Assembly (NCBI GenBank): GCA_000708835.1
Contig: DF237315.1
Span: 30,743 to 94,742, forward strand
From: Klebsormidium nitens
Lineage: Eukaryota > Plantae > Klebsormidiophyceae
Length of the DNA stretch: 64,000 bases
Reading direction: 5' to 3'
The number at the start of each line of letters is the position of its first letter. Position 1 is the first letter of the stretch. This document shows positions 31,035 to 43,917 of this stretch, piece by piece. Under the pieces are notes generated by a model, which did no database searches, was not told the DNA's origin, and saw only the letters and a list, made by a program, of their open reading frames with translations. Made by a program: the position numbers and the translations under genes.

Positions 31035-31550
31035 TCATCGTATGTGGGACGCGTCCATTAATTGCAAGCCACTCAACACACTAGAGCCCCAGATTCGCTT
31101 GCAACATATAAGATCAAGCTGACCATCTCCCCTTCCTTCTACAATGCGTTGCTCGATTTGGAAGCGGCTGTGACGAATATGAGCTGGAGCAGGTGTGGCC
31201 CACCGCCTGCCCCGCACAGCGCGGCTACGTGTCACCCAAAGGATATCAAAGTTGGGCCTTCATTCCAAAGGTGCTGGTACCCTTAGCCTTCTTCATCCTC
31301 TGGTTCGAATTAAAGGGACTGGGAGGCTCGTCAATAGTACCCATGTACAAGCAATCCAGCGACGTTCGTCGGCGCCTCCGCTACAGGGTTGCCGTCGAGC
31401 TCTTCGACTTGAGCTTTCAGCTTCAGCCAGATTGCGCCTTCCGCGGATAGCCCCCCCGGATCATGAGAGCGGCTATCGCAACGACGATCACCACCACATC
31501 TTAGGTGATCTCAACCCAAGTGAACTGTGCTTCGTTCGGTAGTTGGCTGC
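31035..31550 (-). pseudogene. Relic of the last exon of the TVP38/TMEM64 gene (duplication unit I)
   Basis: Nucleotide similarity to 48084-48480 (e.g. gggttgccgtcgagctctt, ggtgatctcaaccca) with indels and stops. Confidence 0.75.
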
Positions 31551-32678
31551 TATGTTACGCCGCTGCATAACGAAAAACATTTATGGGGTCAGAAGCAATT
31601 AAAAGACTTCACACATGGGATTTGTTTGCCTCGTCCTTTACTTGGGTGTTGCACGAAAAAGTCTGAACACAGACTGCGGCAGCGGTGCGGATCCACGAAT
31701 TGTTCCGAAAATGAATAACCATCACAGTGGCCGCAACAGCTCGAGAGCAACGCACAAAGGCAATTGTCCGGTGACAACCTCCATTTCGATGCTACAGCGA
31801 TTCGAAGTTGGCATCCTTCTGAAGCCTGATAACAACAATTCAGTCGACGGAATTTGAGTGCAAGGAATCAGCGTTTGAGGACACTTCAAATAATCTATTG
31901 CAGCAAACAACTGCGCGTTTCGGTCAGGACTACGGCAAGGGAAACTCGAGCAAGTGCATTGTCAAGAGTCGTGAAAACAGGGATGAGCTTATTCTGACCG
32001 GAGGATCTTTCGAGGAAACGGTTCTCAATCGGACGTATTGTAACAGGCTATGCTGGCCAGGGTCCAATCGATGCGCGCTGATTATGATCTCTCTCCCTCG
32101 TCTAGAAAATGCATCCGTCAAGCACTTTCAAGCGACTGATCAGGTGATGGGGTGCCTAAGGTAAGAAGCATGCAAGATTTCCTTCCCGTACCTGACCTTT
32201 CATCACTTTTGTCCGGACGGCCTCGCCCGAAACTTTGAAGCCCATATAGAATAATCGAATGAAGCTTGCGAAAAGACGCTGATTCAGCATCGAACTGCGA
32301 GCTTTCGTGCCTTCAAAAAGCTAAACCATTGGCAAACAAAAGCGAACCCCTGTCCCGCTTATCTTGAAGCGGTCGTATCTCGGGTCCACCATTGAGAACT
32401 CTCACGAAGCCCACGATACCTCTTCACACCCCCCCTACGACACGAACAAACCTTCTCCAAAACCCCTCTTACGTTTCAGTAACCCCGTAGAAAGTCTCTC
32501 AGCCTGTAAATCAAGATTCCGCAGTGATATTCAGCCCTCGCAGACGTCAACTCCATCCTGAAGAACGCCCCTCAAACCCATCCAAAGCCCCCTCGATAAC
32601 CCTACAATACCCTGTCAGAACCCTTTCGGACACGTCATGAACCTGCCTAGCCAGTGGGAAACGCGACTTTTTTCCCAC

Positions 32679-32870
32679 CTGTAAATTCCAGCCCTCGTAG
32701 ACATTCGTGTCCATCCGCGGGTGGTGCGTGCGTGCGCTGATCACGTGCTCCGCCCGGGAATCCAGGACGATGACGTCAGCACGGGAGCCGGGCGCCAAGA
32801 CGCCTTTCCGGGGTAACAAAATGAAGGCCTGCGCGCTGCGCGACGGGTGAGACGCAGAGCTGTCAGTACC
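32679..32870 (-). pseudogene. Isolated dihydropyrimidinase exon fragment
   Basis: AQAFILLPRKGVLAPGSRADVIVLD...ISARTHHPRMDTNVYEGW followed by a GT donor. Matches the dihydropyrimidinase C-terminal PRKG.I..GSDAD...SHHS..DTNVYEG block. Frameshift near 32835, and no N-terminal exons nearby. Confidence 0.75.
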
Positions 32871-33564
32871 TGTGTCGCTTCGTCTTTTGTATCCTCTTCT
32901 CGTGCTTCGGTCTTAACTATTTTCTTGTTGGCCAAATGAAGTTGAGAAGCAACCTACCGCTGACTGCCGAGGAGCTGCAAAGAGAACAGGTGCCAATGCA
33001 GGATGCTAGTCGCTGCTGACTTGGGTGGCACCTCACACCGACTCATTCTGAGTTCCGCAAACCCATTCGACTTTGTGATTGGAGCTGCGTCCTGAATGCG
33101 ATTTAAGGGCGGGAGTCACAACTCTGTATCTTGCGATTATTTTTCGCTTTAAGGTCGATTACTAGGGGAATGACCAGTGACAGGCGTCAGGCGGTCTTAG
33201 TGCCGCTTCACTCATCGTCGTTTTGGAAAGCTCCAGCTTGGACAAAAGTGAGTTACGTGGACGTTCTCGTGTCTCATTCCAAGACGTGTGCCTAGATTGC
33301 CCCCAAAGTGGGGTTGCTACGAGAATCATGGTCACGTTCTTTCGAGTAAGCAACTCTTGAAGCGCCATGCTTTATTGTGTCGACGTTCCTTTCCGCCCTG
33401 CCACAGACGGATGCCTAATGACCGCCAAGACGGCTGTGAACAAACACCAAACTAGCAGTGCGGGCGGATTTCTAAACGGTGCCATGTGGACCCTACATGT
33501 CAGACGGACTCAAGACTGACAAGTCAGACAGAATAGGACCTGCAAGTCAGAGGATCAAAATTAC

Positions 33565-33667
33565 AGCGGAATAGTCACAATCGAAGCCCGCATACTCGTT
33601 GAAAGGGTTCCCTAGGTCGAAGCCCCGGTTGTTGTACATGCCGTACTCGAAGTCGATCAGAGCTTGC
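33565..33667 (-). pseudogene. Isolated ethanolamine/choline kinase exon fragment
   Basis: CAG acceptor, LIDFEYGMYNNRGFDLGNPFNEYAGFDCDYS, GT donor. This is the IDFEY..YNYRGFD.GNHFNEY kinase motif with the conserved His replaced by Pro and a frame disruption at the exon start. Confidence 0.8.
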
Positions 33668-34049
33668 CTGGAACCACAGATTACACGTGCGTCAGAAAGG
33701 GTGACCGTTCCGTTGAGGTTATAAGGCGGTTCTGGACCCTAACCCCTTCCGTTCTCAGTACATCTGGTCCTTTCAATCTCTTTTCTCCTTAAATCGACCC
33801 GCCAACACCCTCATAAGCCTGATTCAATACTGAGAGCCGGGCCATTTGATCGTAGGCACTAGAAGAAGCGGGGCATATAAAAGGATGGAGCGGATAAAGG
33901 TTGCCCTGTCAAACACTAACGCCATCAAAAAACTTAAAAGCAAGCGGCGTGTCTGCTAGGTGGCTCTTCGGCCGTTCACGCAACCTGACAGAGCAGGAAT
34001 CACCAATCGGAATGCAGAAAGTGGACGGAGTGCAAACTCAGACGCTGGA

Positions 34050-34950
34050 TGAGACTTTCCCGCTGACCTGTCCTAGTGCCGTACGAGTGACCCGTTCAAT
34101 GAAAAGCTTCTCGTCAACTGCCGCCCAAAACAGCACCAATCTTCAACACATACCAGGGGAACTTAAAGAAGATCGCCCGCTGACCTGTTTTAGTTTTCGC
34201 CTGAAAAGTTGCCCGACAGCAGGTCCTCTCGTAAGATGAACTTCTCAGCAGCAGAACTTACCGACTTTCCAGGGACACTTTGGAGGGAAAGAGATTGCTC
34301 CGCTGACCTGTTTTTGCTGTCGCACATAAAGTTGTGCGGACAGCAGGTCGTTGTGGCTGAAGACCACCGGCAAGGCGAGCTCGCCGCAGGTCGCTGAAGA
34401 ATCACTGAAGCAAGGGGGATCGGAGACGAGCGTTAGAAATGAAGAGAATCACTGAAGCAATGGCGAGAGGCTTAAAGACGATTGTCTAGGCGTTCTTGCA
34501 ATGCCTCATTCCAAATCGAAGGGGCGGCGCGAGATAGGGGTCCCTAAATCTGCGAAGCGAAATGATCGAGGCATCAGAGTCCGGCAGATGGTAGGTTCGA
34601 AGTTGAGGCATGTGTTCGCGTCTATAGCACACATCCGTCCAACGCATAAGTACAGCGGATTGGAAAGAGCAGGTCAAAATCCGTAACTTTGTCGCACATA
34701 CCCGTCAGGCGCGGAAGCACAGAACGGAAGGTCGATGCTTTTTGAGTGCGTAGCACACTTCCGTCGGAATGGTGATCACAGCATTTTAAAAAAAACAGAA
34801 GGTCAATAGTGTGTAACTATGTAGCACATTTCCGTTGGAATCCTAAGTACAGCGGATTTGAAACCAGAAGATCGATCTTCGTCACCTAGTAGCACACTTC
34901 AGTCGGATTCGTGAGCCCAGCAAATTTGAGCAGCAGGACAATTGACCGCC
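34050..34950. repeat. Diverged minisatellite-like array (~120-bp then ~60-70-bp period) with internal hairpins
   Basis: ccgctgacctgt at 34060, 34177 and 34300. gacagcaggtc at 34215 and 34339. tagcaca-initiated units at 34625, 34751, 34822 and 34890, plus tcgcacata at ~34692. Confidence 0.75.
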
Positions 34951-35159
34951 TCTTTGCCCGCGCCTATTTGTTGCTTGCCTATCCTTTCCCTCTTCCTTCC
35001 GTTCCAGATTTGCTCGTCAACCAAAAAATCAGGGATTATGCATCTCCGCACGAGGGATGCTAAGCTCGTCAAAAAATCATGCTTCGGGAGGGCTGCCAAC
35101 TTGGCAAGTCAAAGAGGAGGACACAAAAGGAGAGAGCGCAGAGTATGACTCGCTCTTAC

Positions 35160-35276
35160 CTTTAACTCTTTGATCTGTCCCTTCAATTTTGCAACGCCTG
35201 CGGCTTTGAAAGACGCAAAGCCTGCGGCTTCGAAAGAGGCCTGGTTCCTGGGGTCGTCAAACCGAGACGGTCGCAG
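35160..35276 (-). other. Orphan exon-like segment of unknown product
   Basis: CAG acceptor and AAG|GTAAG donor flank 117 stop-free nt (LRPSRFDDPRNQASFEAAGFASFKAAGVAKLKGQIKELK), containing an internal gcctgcggctt.gaaaga duplication. Confidence 0.35.
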
Positions 35277-36529
35277 CTGAAAACAGGTAGACAGCAGACT
35301 AGATCAGCAAATGGGTCCAGGTTTGATTGGAGTCATTGCAACTAGTGCTTTGTTCTAATATTCTGACCAGGATTCGAAGAACCGTAAGGACAATTCGCAA
35401 GTTTGGAAAAGACGAAACAGTTCCTGTTATTACGCCCTCGCTACGGTTCTTACTGAGAGCTGCGCGAGTTTCTCAGCTACAGAAGAGAGCATCTATTTCA
35501 CCTTACGGTTTCAAATGTACACAAAGCCTTTCAACAACTTTCTTTCTGCAACTTCTGCGCCCCGTTGCACTGAAACCAGCGGACCAGATTCTGTTTGCTT
35601 CCTAAGTTCTCCTTGAATCATCAAAATGCAGAAAAGAAGCATAAGGGAGATGGGCGCAGCTGACTGGCCCCACTCTCCTTATCTACAAGGCTAGACAGGT
35701 CAGACTCAACGCATTTGACAATCCAAGAACGTCTGAAATGATGCTAAGGTCGTACCCCTGTGCCTCTCCGCACTACTTGCGCCCCCCAGCTTGCCACAAA
35801 ACAAGTATCCATTTCCTCACCCATGTGCTTTTAGAAACTGTAGCTTTCAAAAACAAAGGTCTGAGCTTTTGAAGCGCCCAACTCATCATGAAACCACTCA
35901 ACAATATCCCATGTCAAATATTCGAGACCTGTAACTCTTGATTGAAGCAAGATTGCCTTACAGGGGCAAAAAGAAGCGACTTGCCGGGTCAACCCCAATG
36001 GATCCCGGCCATGAGACCACGATGCGAAGCCCTGCCACTACCCGCAGCAGCTCGGCAATCTGCATCAACCTGAAAGCAGCGGCAAAAGGTCTGATAAGTG
36101 CTTCTGAGAAGTAATGCTGGCCGCTGATGCTATAAGCTGCCTCGATATTCAAAAGCCCAATGTTTACTAACTGATGCTTCATGACAGTGCCCCAATCCTG
36201 GTCAATTTGTTCCGCACTGATGTTAAGTACGCGGCCCTGCTGCTCATACAATTTACACTGGGGTATACACGATTGCCAAAAGGATCTGACTTATGCATCA
36301 TTCGCTTCATTGCTGATCCTTGAAAAGACTCCACTAATCACGCTGACACCTGAGAGCTGGGGCAGTAGACGGGCTAAACTGGGAACGACAGGCAGATTGG
36401 TCGCTCCATTTCAACTTTCTGCAACAGCGATAACTTTTGACCTTGTAACCGGAGCAGCCAACAAAGTTTGTGCAGCTGGCGGCCCTATTTTATATATATG
36501 GAAAGTACAGCAAAGGTTGCACCACCCAC

Positions 36530-36740
36530 CATCGGCCGGGAGTGCTTCAAAGTGCCATGGCATAACGCTCGCCCCTTTTCCTCCTTGCCCTCCTCTCCTG
36601 GCAATGTCATTGTGAGAACTAAAGCCCGCTTCTCGTCCTTTCTCTCTGCCGTCCCAAGCTCCAAGCCCTGTCCTAACCTGTTTTGATTCTATCCTTTGCG
36701 CTTGTAGCCAGCATTGTTGTTGAAGGGACTGCGAAAAATT
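36530..36740 (-). pseudogene. Relic of ABM gene exon 1 (unit II)
   Basis: ALVLTMTLPGEEGKEEKGRALCHGTLKHSRPM|GT is homologous to 26670-26830. Frameshifted upstream, and no downstream ABM exons follow. Confidence 0.8.
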
Positions 36741-37059
36741 GCACCATGCGCTGGCAGCATTCCGGACGGCTTCAACACTTTTGGACGATGTCCTAAGCAT
36801 GTGACTCGCAGTGTCATTGTGAGCGTGAGTCCTCCAAGACGTGGACTTTGTGCAGCACTGCGGTCACTGCACTTTTGAAAGTTTCGTCCGCAGCTAAGGT
36901 AAAGAGATTCGCTAGGCAGGAGAGATGCACACATCTATCGATGCACAGAGCAGAAAAGACGCAAAATGGGTTGAGCAATGCAGCCCTCTTGAGCGCACGA
37001 GGGGTCCTCGCAATGCTGCAGCCTTTCAAAGGAGATTAGGTAGATTGACAGAGGCCGTG

Positions 37060-39480
37060 CCCTTAGCGGTGGTGGAAGCAAATTCGTAGACAACCACCTC
37101 CTCTTCTGCCCAGCGACTCGCCCAACGGGCAAGGCTTACTTAGAAGTTGCTCAGGCAAGCTCGCAGAGCAGTCTCAGACGCCCATTGCGTCGGAGCCGGC
37201 GGCGGCTGTAGTGGTCAAATGACAGGCATTTCGAACAGCCGCGGATCTTGGCCCCGACCTGCTCCAGCGCATCTTTGTGAAACTGGGGCCGCACCCAAAG
37301 GACTTGGTCCCCTTGGGAGCTGTCAGTAAGCAGTGGCGTCAGGTTCTCGATGAAAGCACGTGGAAGGAGCTGTGCTTGAGGTATGCGGGGGGGCTGGTCG
37401 AGGACCTGGGGTACGGCCATGGTGCAGACGCCTCCTTCGGCGGAGGATGGGCCGGGTTATATAAATTGTTAGTGTACTGCCCAGGGTGTCACTTCCCGAC
37501 ATTTGAGCCTGTGCTGCAGTCGGACGCTTTGAGTCTGAACTACGAGTGGATGCATGGCAGGGGCCATGTGGAAACAGTTGAAAAGGGGTTTTGTAAGGGG
37601 AATGAAACGAACGAGGCCCTGCATCTGGCGACACCAGATGAGATTGTCATCTCGCGCCTGTGCTCACATATCCAGGCGGTAGAAATGTGCGACATACATG
37701 ACGAGTCGGCTCTTCCGATCCTGGCTTGCAGAGGCTTCGTGAAGCGCTTTGAGGGCTCAGAGCTTGCCAAGATGAGCGGGGCCGCCGCGCTTCTGAACCA
37801 GAGGAGGAAAGAATCCAAAGCTGAGGGGGCAGCCAGCTCTGATTCGAAGGAGCCCCAGGAGAAGCCACCGTGTCTTTACTGTGGCAGCCCGACGTTTGCC
37901 CTGCCTCGCCAGGCGTTTGACTCCCGCTTCTCAGACTACGACAATATGATGAGGGAGTCTGTCCATGAAGCTTACGAAAAGCTTGAACAGGGCCATTTCA
38001 CGGATGAGGCGGACGATGACGAAAACGACTCGGTGTTTACTTTAGGGACGGGCTTTGTGTGCCTCACTGGCCACATTGTGCTTGGGATGGCGGGATACCC
38101 CAAGCTAGTTGAAAGCGTACTGCCGCAATCTGGAGAGAGTCTGAAGCTTCAGCGTCCGCAAGCGGTGGACTTCTTGCTGAAATTTGTGGTTGGGGGTGAC
38201 ACTCTGGAACGCGAGGAGGGGCACGAATTCGTGCAAGGCTTGGGGTTAGATCAGCTGATTCAGATTGAGGCCCGGCTTGCGCGACTGAAGAAAGTCTGGC
38301 CGGTGGAGGAGAATAGGGAGTCTGAAAAGGAGAACGAGGGGCCTGCCGATGCAAACCAGGCCAAAAAAGATCCTGAGAAATCCCTTGAGGACAATGAGGA
38401 GATTAGATACAAAACTTTTGGATACATGTATCTGAGAGGCGACTCTCTTGCGGGAATTGTAGATCTGCTAGGAGCAAGCGTGCCAGCCGATCTCTTGAAA
38501 GCCTTGCAGGATTTCGTTCTGACAGGGAGTACGAACCTTGCGGAGTGTGAGCGTTTGGTTTTAGAGGAGTTCGAAACCCAGAGGTGCAAGAAGGAGGAGG
38601 ATAAGGCCCGTAGGTTCAAAAGTGCTGCGGCAGAGGAGGCGTTGCGTGAGGCAGGTTTTAAGCACCCCTTTCTGGATCTTCCAAGCAGCCTTTCGACTAT
38701 GCTGAAGGCTTTTGTAGAAACGGGTTTTCCAAGCCTTGCAGAGTACGAACGGCTGATTTTGGAAGAGCGCGAAGTGCATCAGCAGCAAGAGGAGCGGAAG
38801 AAAGTTTTGGAACTTAGAAAGAACACAGTCTATCTGGCATTGCAGCAGGCTGGCTTTACCCCCCCAATGGTTCCGCACCCGCAGTCGCTGAGTGCTTACA
38901 TCGGGGTGAGTGTGCCACTCATTCAGAATGTTGTTCTGAGTACCCTGTTTGTCGAACTCGAAGCAAGTAACCTGGTTTCAAACTCGAAGCACAGGCCCGC
39001 ACTGCTAAACGTGTTGATTGCAGCTTGCTAATTATGCAATTCAAGTTTGCGGTCGCTCTCGAAGTTGTCCTGCTGTTCAGATTGCATCCGAATCATTGCT
39101 ACCTGCCTATCTTGGTCGTTCAGTGCCTTGCCTGAAGCAAGCATCTGAGTTGTTTGGACCGATGCTTGCTGCTTAACAAAGTAACCCAGCAGTAGTTGTC
39201 TATGGCTGACTAGACATGCACGTTTTTGCAGGATTCCAGTGCAATCACTTTGGAGGAGGTCGTTGCGCAGCAAAAGAGCGCGCAAGTGCAGAGCGTAAAC
39301 GGAGTGGAGCTTGCTGCACCACGAACGAGTGCACAAGAGCAGAGCCACAAATGCGCAGTGGTCACAGACGGCAAAGGCTGTAAGCATCCGGCGGCTAAAG
39401 GGTGCTCCAATGGAGGGTGCGGGCCTTGCTGTCGTAAAGCTGCGGAACCCTGCCGGTTAGGAAAGCACAGGAAGACCTAG
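37060..39480 (+). pseudogene. EID1-like F-box copy 4: body and terminal finger intact, 5' end (ATG/H3-like tail) eroded
   Basis: Open frame 37223-38905 plus terminal exon 39232-39480. An in-frame TGA lies at 37220 just upstream of the F-box. The H3-like segment survives only as ...agcggtggtggaagc, without its ATG. The gene could still be expressed through an unrecognised upstream exon. Confidence 0.6.
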
Positions 39481-40339
39481 GGTGAACTTCCTCATTTGCG
39501 CATCCTCTTGATAAGGGAATCCTCTAACCGTTTTTCATCAATTGACAGACCTGCCACAGGCTTCCCCTGATCAAAGGAGTTATCGTTTGGCCGAAAACTT
39601 GACGTACTCGGGCCCCGACTTAAGTCAAGTGAACGGTTCTAATACCTCGATTGAGATGTAGACGGTATGCCGATCAAAAGCTGGTCCATTGACAGACGGT
39701 CACACAGCGACTGTACATGTATCATGATTACATTTGAAGCGCTTGTGCAAGTGAACTAGCATGCTGTGATTCACACCATATAACTCAGGGCCGTCCTTGT
39801 GGATATCTTAAAGCCTGGGCCGCGCGGCGGTCCTTTGGCACATATGTGTGCCAGCACCGTGACATGTACCATGAGCGGACGTGCGACGCGTGCCAATTAT
39901 GATGCTCAAATATCTCGCGCGCTAGCTCGACAATTCATAAAATTGTAGTGCCGATTTGTCAAAACCTTATAATGATGTGAATGATCGATCACTAGCTGGC
40001 TACACATGGTTACTAGAGCGCTCGATCGTAGTATATAAGTGCTCAGATCGTCAGTATGAATACTATGCTACGTATATATTATACAGCCATATAGCTATAC
40101 TGCCGCAATTGCAGAGGTGCTTCCAATTGCATACTGCAGCCACATCCGACCGACCGTGAAGTATGATCACTCATTCACTGCCCTGCAGGGCATTGCATGC
40201 CTTATACCAACTTTAGGCGCGGCGGTATAGGTGGACTGCACTCATGTGCATAGTCGCACCGGTGGTCACTTACCGAAGGATGAAGATGCAATATTGTGGA
40301 TTCACCATCCAAACCTCTTGACAATATGCGCGCATTCAT

Positions 40340-43100
40340 TGGAAATTACATGGTGACTCGTCCAGCATCCAGTCGCGAGCCAGTCGAAAGAAGAGCCTTC
40401 AGGTTTGCTTGCGGCGGATACAAACGTCGGGCCTTCGCTACAAAGCTACAAAGAAGCTGGTGCCCTTCGCTTTCCTTATCCCCCGATCCAAAAGGGAGGG
40501 AATGGGGGGCCCGTCCTTTCATCCTATGTACAGGCAATCCAACGACGTTTGGCAACGCCTCCCCTACCGGGTGGGCCGTCGGGCTCAGCCTCCGCGAGAG
40601 CGCGCCTCCCGTAAACAGCCCCCCCGATTACGAGAGCTATTGCCACGATAATACCCCCGACGTTGAAGGTGATCTCGACCCAGGTGATCTTAGGCTTCCC
40701 TCTGTGCTATGTCCCGCCAAAGAAAGCCACTGCAGAACCGACGAGGAATTAAACGCCGCCACGAATACAGCGTCAAGGACCTGCCGGCCTCGTTTTAGTA
40801 TGCCTGGAAATGTTGCAAAAATCTGCAGGATATGGACATCCGCAACAGTGCGCAGGCGCACCAAACGCGACCTCGCAAGATACCCTACAGCCAAAGGAAA
40901 ATCTCTCACGACATCCGTCCCAATCCTCCCCCCCGGACGATCCTACAGAGGCCTGAAAGAGACGGCCCGACCTCCTTCGCTGCCATCTCAACCACGCAAA
41001 GTCCAATCTTCGAAGAAGCTCAGCAAACCCTGATCCTGGATTCGTTGAGCAGAGGGAAAAACGAAGGCGCCAGAACAGATCACATATGCGAAAAAGACAC
41101 GGATTTGAAGCAGGTGGGGCGCCCATCGAACTTACTCAAAGGAAACACGAAAGACGAACTGAAACACACGATGACGCCAACATCAATGTCGCCGGATTTA
41201 GAGTCTAGGCCATCAGCCGAGGGCCACATGTGACGTCCGCTCAAGGAAAGTTCACTTGCCGTCTTTGGGAAGAGGACGGCAGATCTCGGTGCGACAAGAA
41301 AGATTCCCTTTCAGCCATCCCTATTAGTTCTGATGAACCTCACAACGGTCACAGGTAGAGGCAAGACAGCTTTGTACCCAGCACGTGTTGACATGAAACA
41401 AGAATAGAACCGAATGACCGCGCCTTCACCTGTAGAGGGCCACGAAGATCTTCGGAAAATGCCTACGAGGGAGCTGGTGATGTAGGGCAGGTACTGGATC
41501 TTGGTCGTCGTGACCATTTAGTTGAAAATCGGGTAAGGCGGGAACGGTGACAGCCGGACGAGCGCGGCGACGCGGTACTGGCCCCAGGACCCGCTCTGCG
41601 AGCGCAGACGGAGAATCGTAATGAGTCTCAAGAAAGAATATAATTTGCCAAGGTAAATAAAAAGCCTCGACTAACACCAATATTTTCAACCTGCAAACTC
41701 ATCTGCTCCGCACCTGTGGTCAGCCTATCAGTTAAAATCCCCAAAGTCTACCCGTCTCAGTGCATTGACCTTGTCATATCTTAACGTAATAGTATCTTAC
41801 TTCAGATTGGTAGAAGTGAGCATTTTGGAGCCACTTGCTTCTTTACAGACCCATCAATCCCAGTCTAACGAGACCGGAATTGGGCACAAAGCGCCACTGT
41901 TATGCGGGCCCTCAAAGGAAGCTGTTCGAAGAGGCTTCTTTTGAGGGTTGCACTCGGACATGAGCAGTCGACAAACTTCTGAACAGATCGGAGAGAAAGT
42001 AGCGTGTGTTTTGTGTCGCATTATGAGTATCGGAAGATTGAAGTGTCACTCTTCAAAGTGCCCTTTGACATCTCTATCAAAGCACGAGTCCGCATCAGAA
42101 CGTGTTCACCGGCTAAATTCGGCACTTAGGCAGGAAGCATCTCTGAATGTGATCGCCAATCCGCTTCTACCACTCACCTGGTTGCAAGAATTTCGGCTTC
42201 GACACTAGCCACTTATGCACCCAGTCACTGGTGGAGAGCGCCGCCCAATGAAGTAGAACGCCGGCATTCCCAGCCCCATGTCAACCTGTGTCAGAACATA
42301 ACCCCAAGCATACCTGAGGGGCTCGACGGCGGATGAAAGATTGAAGAGATAGCGAGGCAGAAGTCTATGACAAAGATCAGCAGCGGCTTATTGACAGTGA
42401 TAACGGCCCACTCTCAAGGACAGGAATGACGGCCTGTAAGAACGGGTGTGACGATTTTGGTGGAGAGCTATGCGCTGACACTGAGTTATACTGCTTCAAA
42501 TTCGCTGGAGTAGGAACGCAAGGTAAAGTTCAGGGCGATTGAGTGCAAAAAAGCGACCTGCGAGTTTGGAATGAACTTGATTGACAAGGTTGTATATTAT
42601 CTGTCTCAAAACGCGAACCGTGCTTGTAACAGTCTTTCTGAAAAGGGAAGTAAGCGGCTCAGTCTAAGTGCAGTCAACGGACATCAAGCTTGCCAAGCTC
42701 GCCATGGTTAAGCCAACGACGAGACTCTAGTCCTCCAAGTCAATCACACCAGTTCTAAACTGATCTTGTTACGGAAGGCATCGTCAAGCACAGAGAAAGC
42801 TTGAGGGCAATGATCGCACTTGTATGGCCCACACTATCCTCCTCTGAGAAACTAGACATGTCAGTTACGCACTTTATCTGGACGCTACAAGAAAATCAAC
42901 CCTGTAACACTGTTTCTAAGCACCCCCAACTCATCCTGACTTGATCCACCCTAATGCTCACCTCAATGCCTTCAGATCTATTATAGACCTTGATCAGAAC
43001 AAAGATGCTTTGAAGGGGCAGAAGCAAGCGGCTTGCCTGGTCAATGAGGATGGAACCCAGCCCCAAGACTGCTATGCCCAGCGCCACCACCAGCTACTAG
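40340..43100 (-). pseudogene. Multi-exon relic of the TVP38/TMEM64 gene (unit II), lacking exon 1
   Basis: Decayed homologues of exon 5 (~40340-40750), exon 4 (~41440-41600), exon 3 (~42225-42440) and exon 2 (~43010-43100), in the same order as the intact gene. Confidence 0.85.
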
Positions 43101-43567
43101 GCCCGGCAAGGAGCAGTCCGGATCCACCTAAAAATAGTGGCAGACAGTCTGACTGTGTGCTTTTGAAGTATAAGAATCCCTGCTGACGAGAAGCTGACTC
43201 CCATTCAAATAGCTAGCGTTAGTGACCAACACGTCAAAGGAGAGCGGCTCAGTACGTTCCTGCTGATGACAAGTGTGCAGCCCTGATGAGAGATGGTTTG
43301 CAGCTAGGCTACAAAAAGCTGGCCAAAACAATGAAGATGCGTCACTCGCTTCATTGCCAATCCTTGCAACAGCACCGAGGATCAGTCTGAAACATGACAG
43401 CTTGGGCAGTAGACTGTCTAAAAACAGAGAGGCAGATTGGTCGTTTCATATCCAACTTCTGACAGCGCCAGCTCTTGACATAACCTGGTCGGAGCAGCCA
43501 ACAAAGTTCGTGCAGCTGACAGCCCCAGTCATTCGTATGGAAAGTACAGCGAGATTGCACCACCCAC

Positions 43568-43917
43568 CATCGGTCCCGGAAGTGCTTCAAAGTGCCCCGC
43601 ACAACACTTGCCCCTTCTCCTCCTTGCCCACCTCCCCTGGCAATGTCACTGTGAGCTCAAAGTCCGCTTCTCGTCCCAAGCTCCAAACTCCGTTCTAACC
43701 TGTTTGATTCTACCCTTGCGCTTGTAGCCGGCACTGTTATCCTTCTCCCCCCGTATATGAGCTGCTCTGCTGAATATATGGGCCTCCGCGACGGCCTGCC
43801 TGCTACCTCTCCCGCCAGGCAAGAGCGCCTGACTTCTACAGCTCAGTGAAGGGGAAAAGGTCTTGAGCAATGCGGTCTGCCCCGCATTGCACACTGCCAC
43901 ATTCTGCAGGTGGCCAT
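43568..43917 (-). pseudogene. Relic of ABM gene exon 1 (unit III)
   Basis: ATG at 43917. LSCRSQALLPG.R.SRQAVAEAH is shared with the intact copy. Frameshifts, the same donor (ATG|GTGGG), and no downstream exons. Confidence 0.8.

Noticed and set aside
32090-32110. CTAG as a possible Helitron 3' end for the capture island
   Set aside because: It is not followed by T on the relevant strand, and there is no adjacent GC-rich hairpin.
34625-34950. Regularly spaced repeats superficially like a CRISPR array
   Set aside because: The repeats are degenerate and variable in length, there is no clean repeat-spacer structure or cas gene, and the context is eukaryotic.
40296-41233. 245-aa and 133-aa plus-strand ORFs
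   Set aside because: They are antisense to the decayed TVP38 exon/intron relic and have no independent coding signal.
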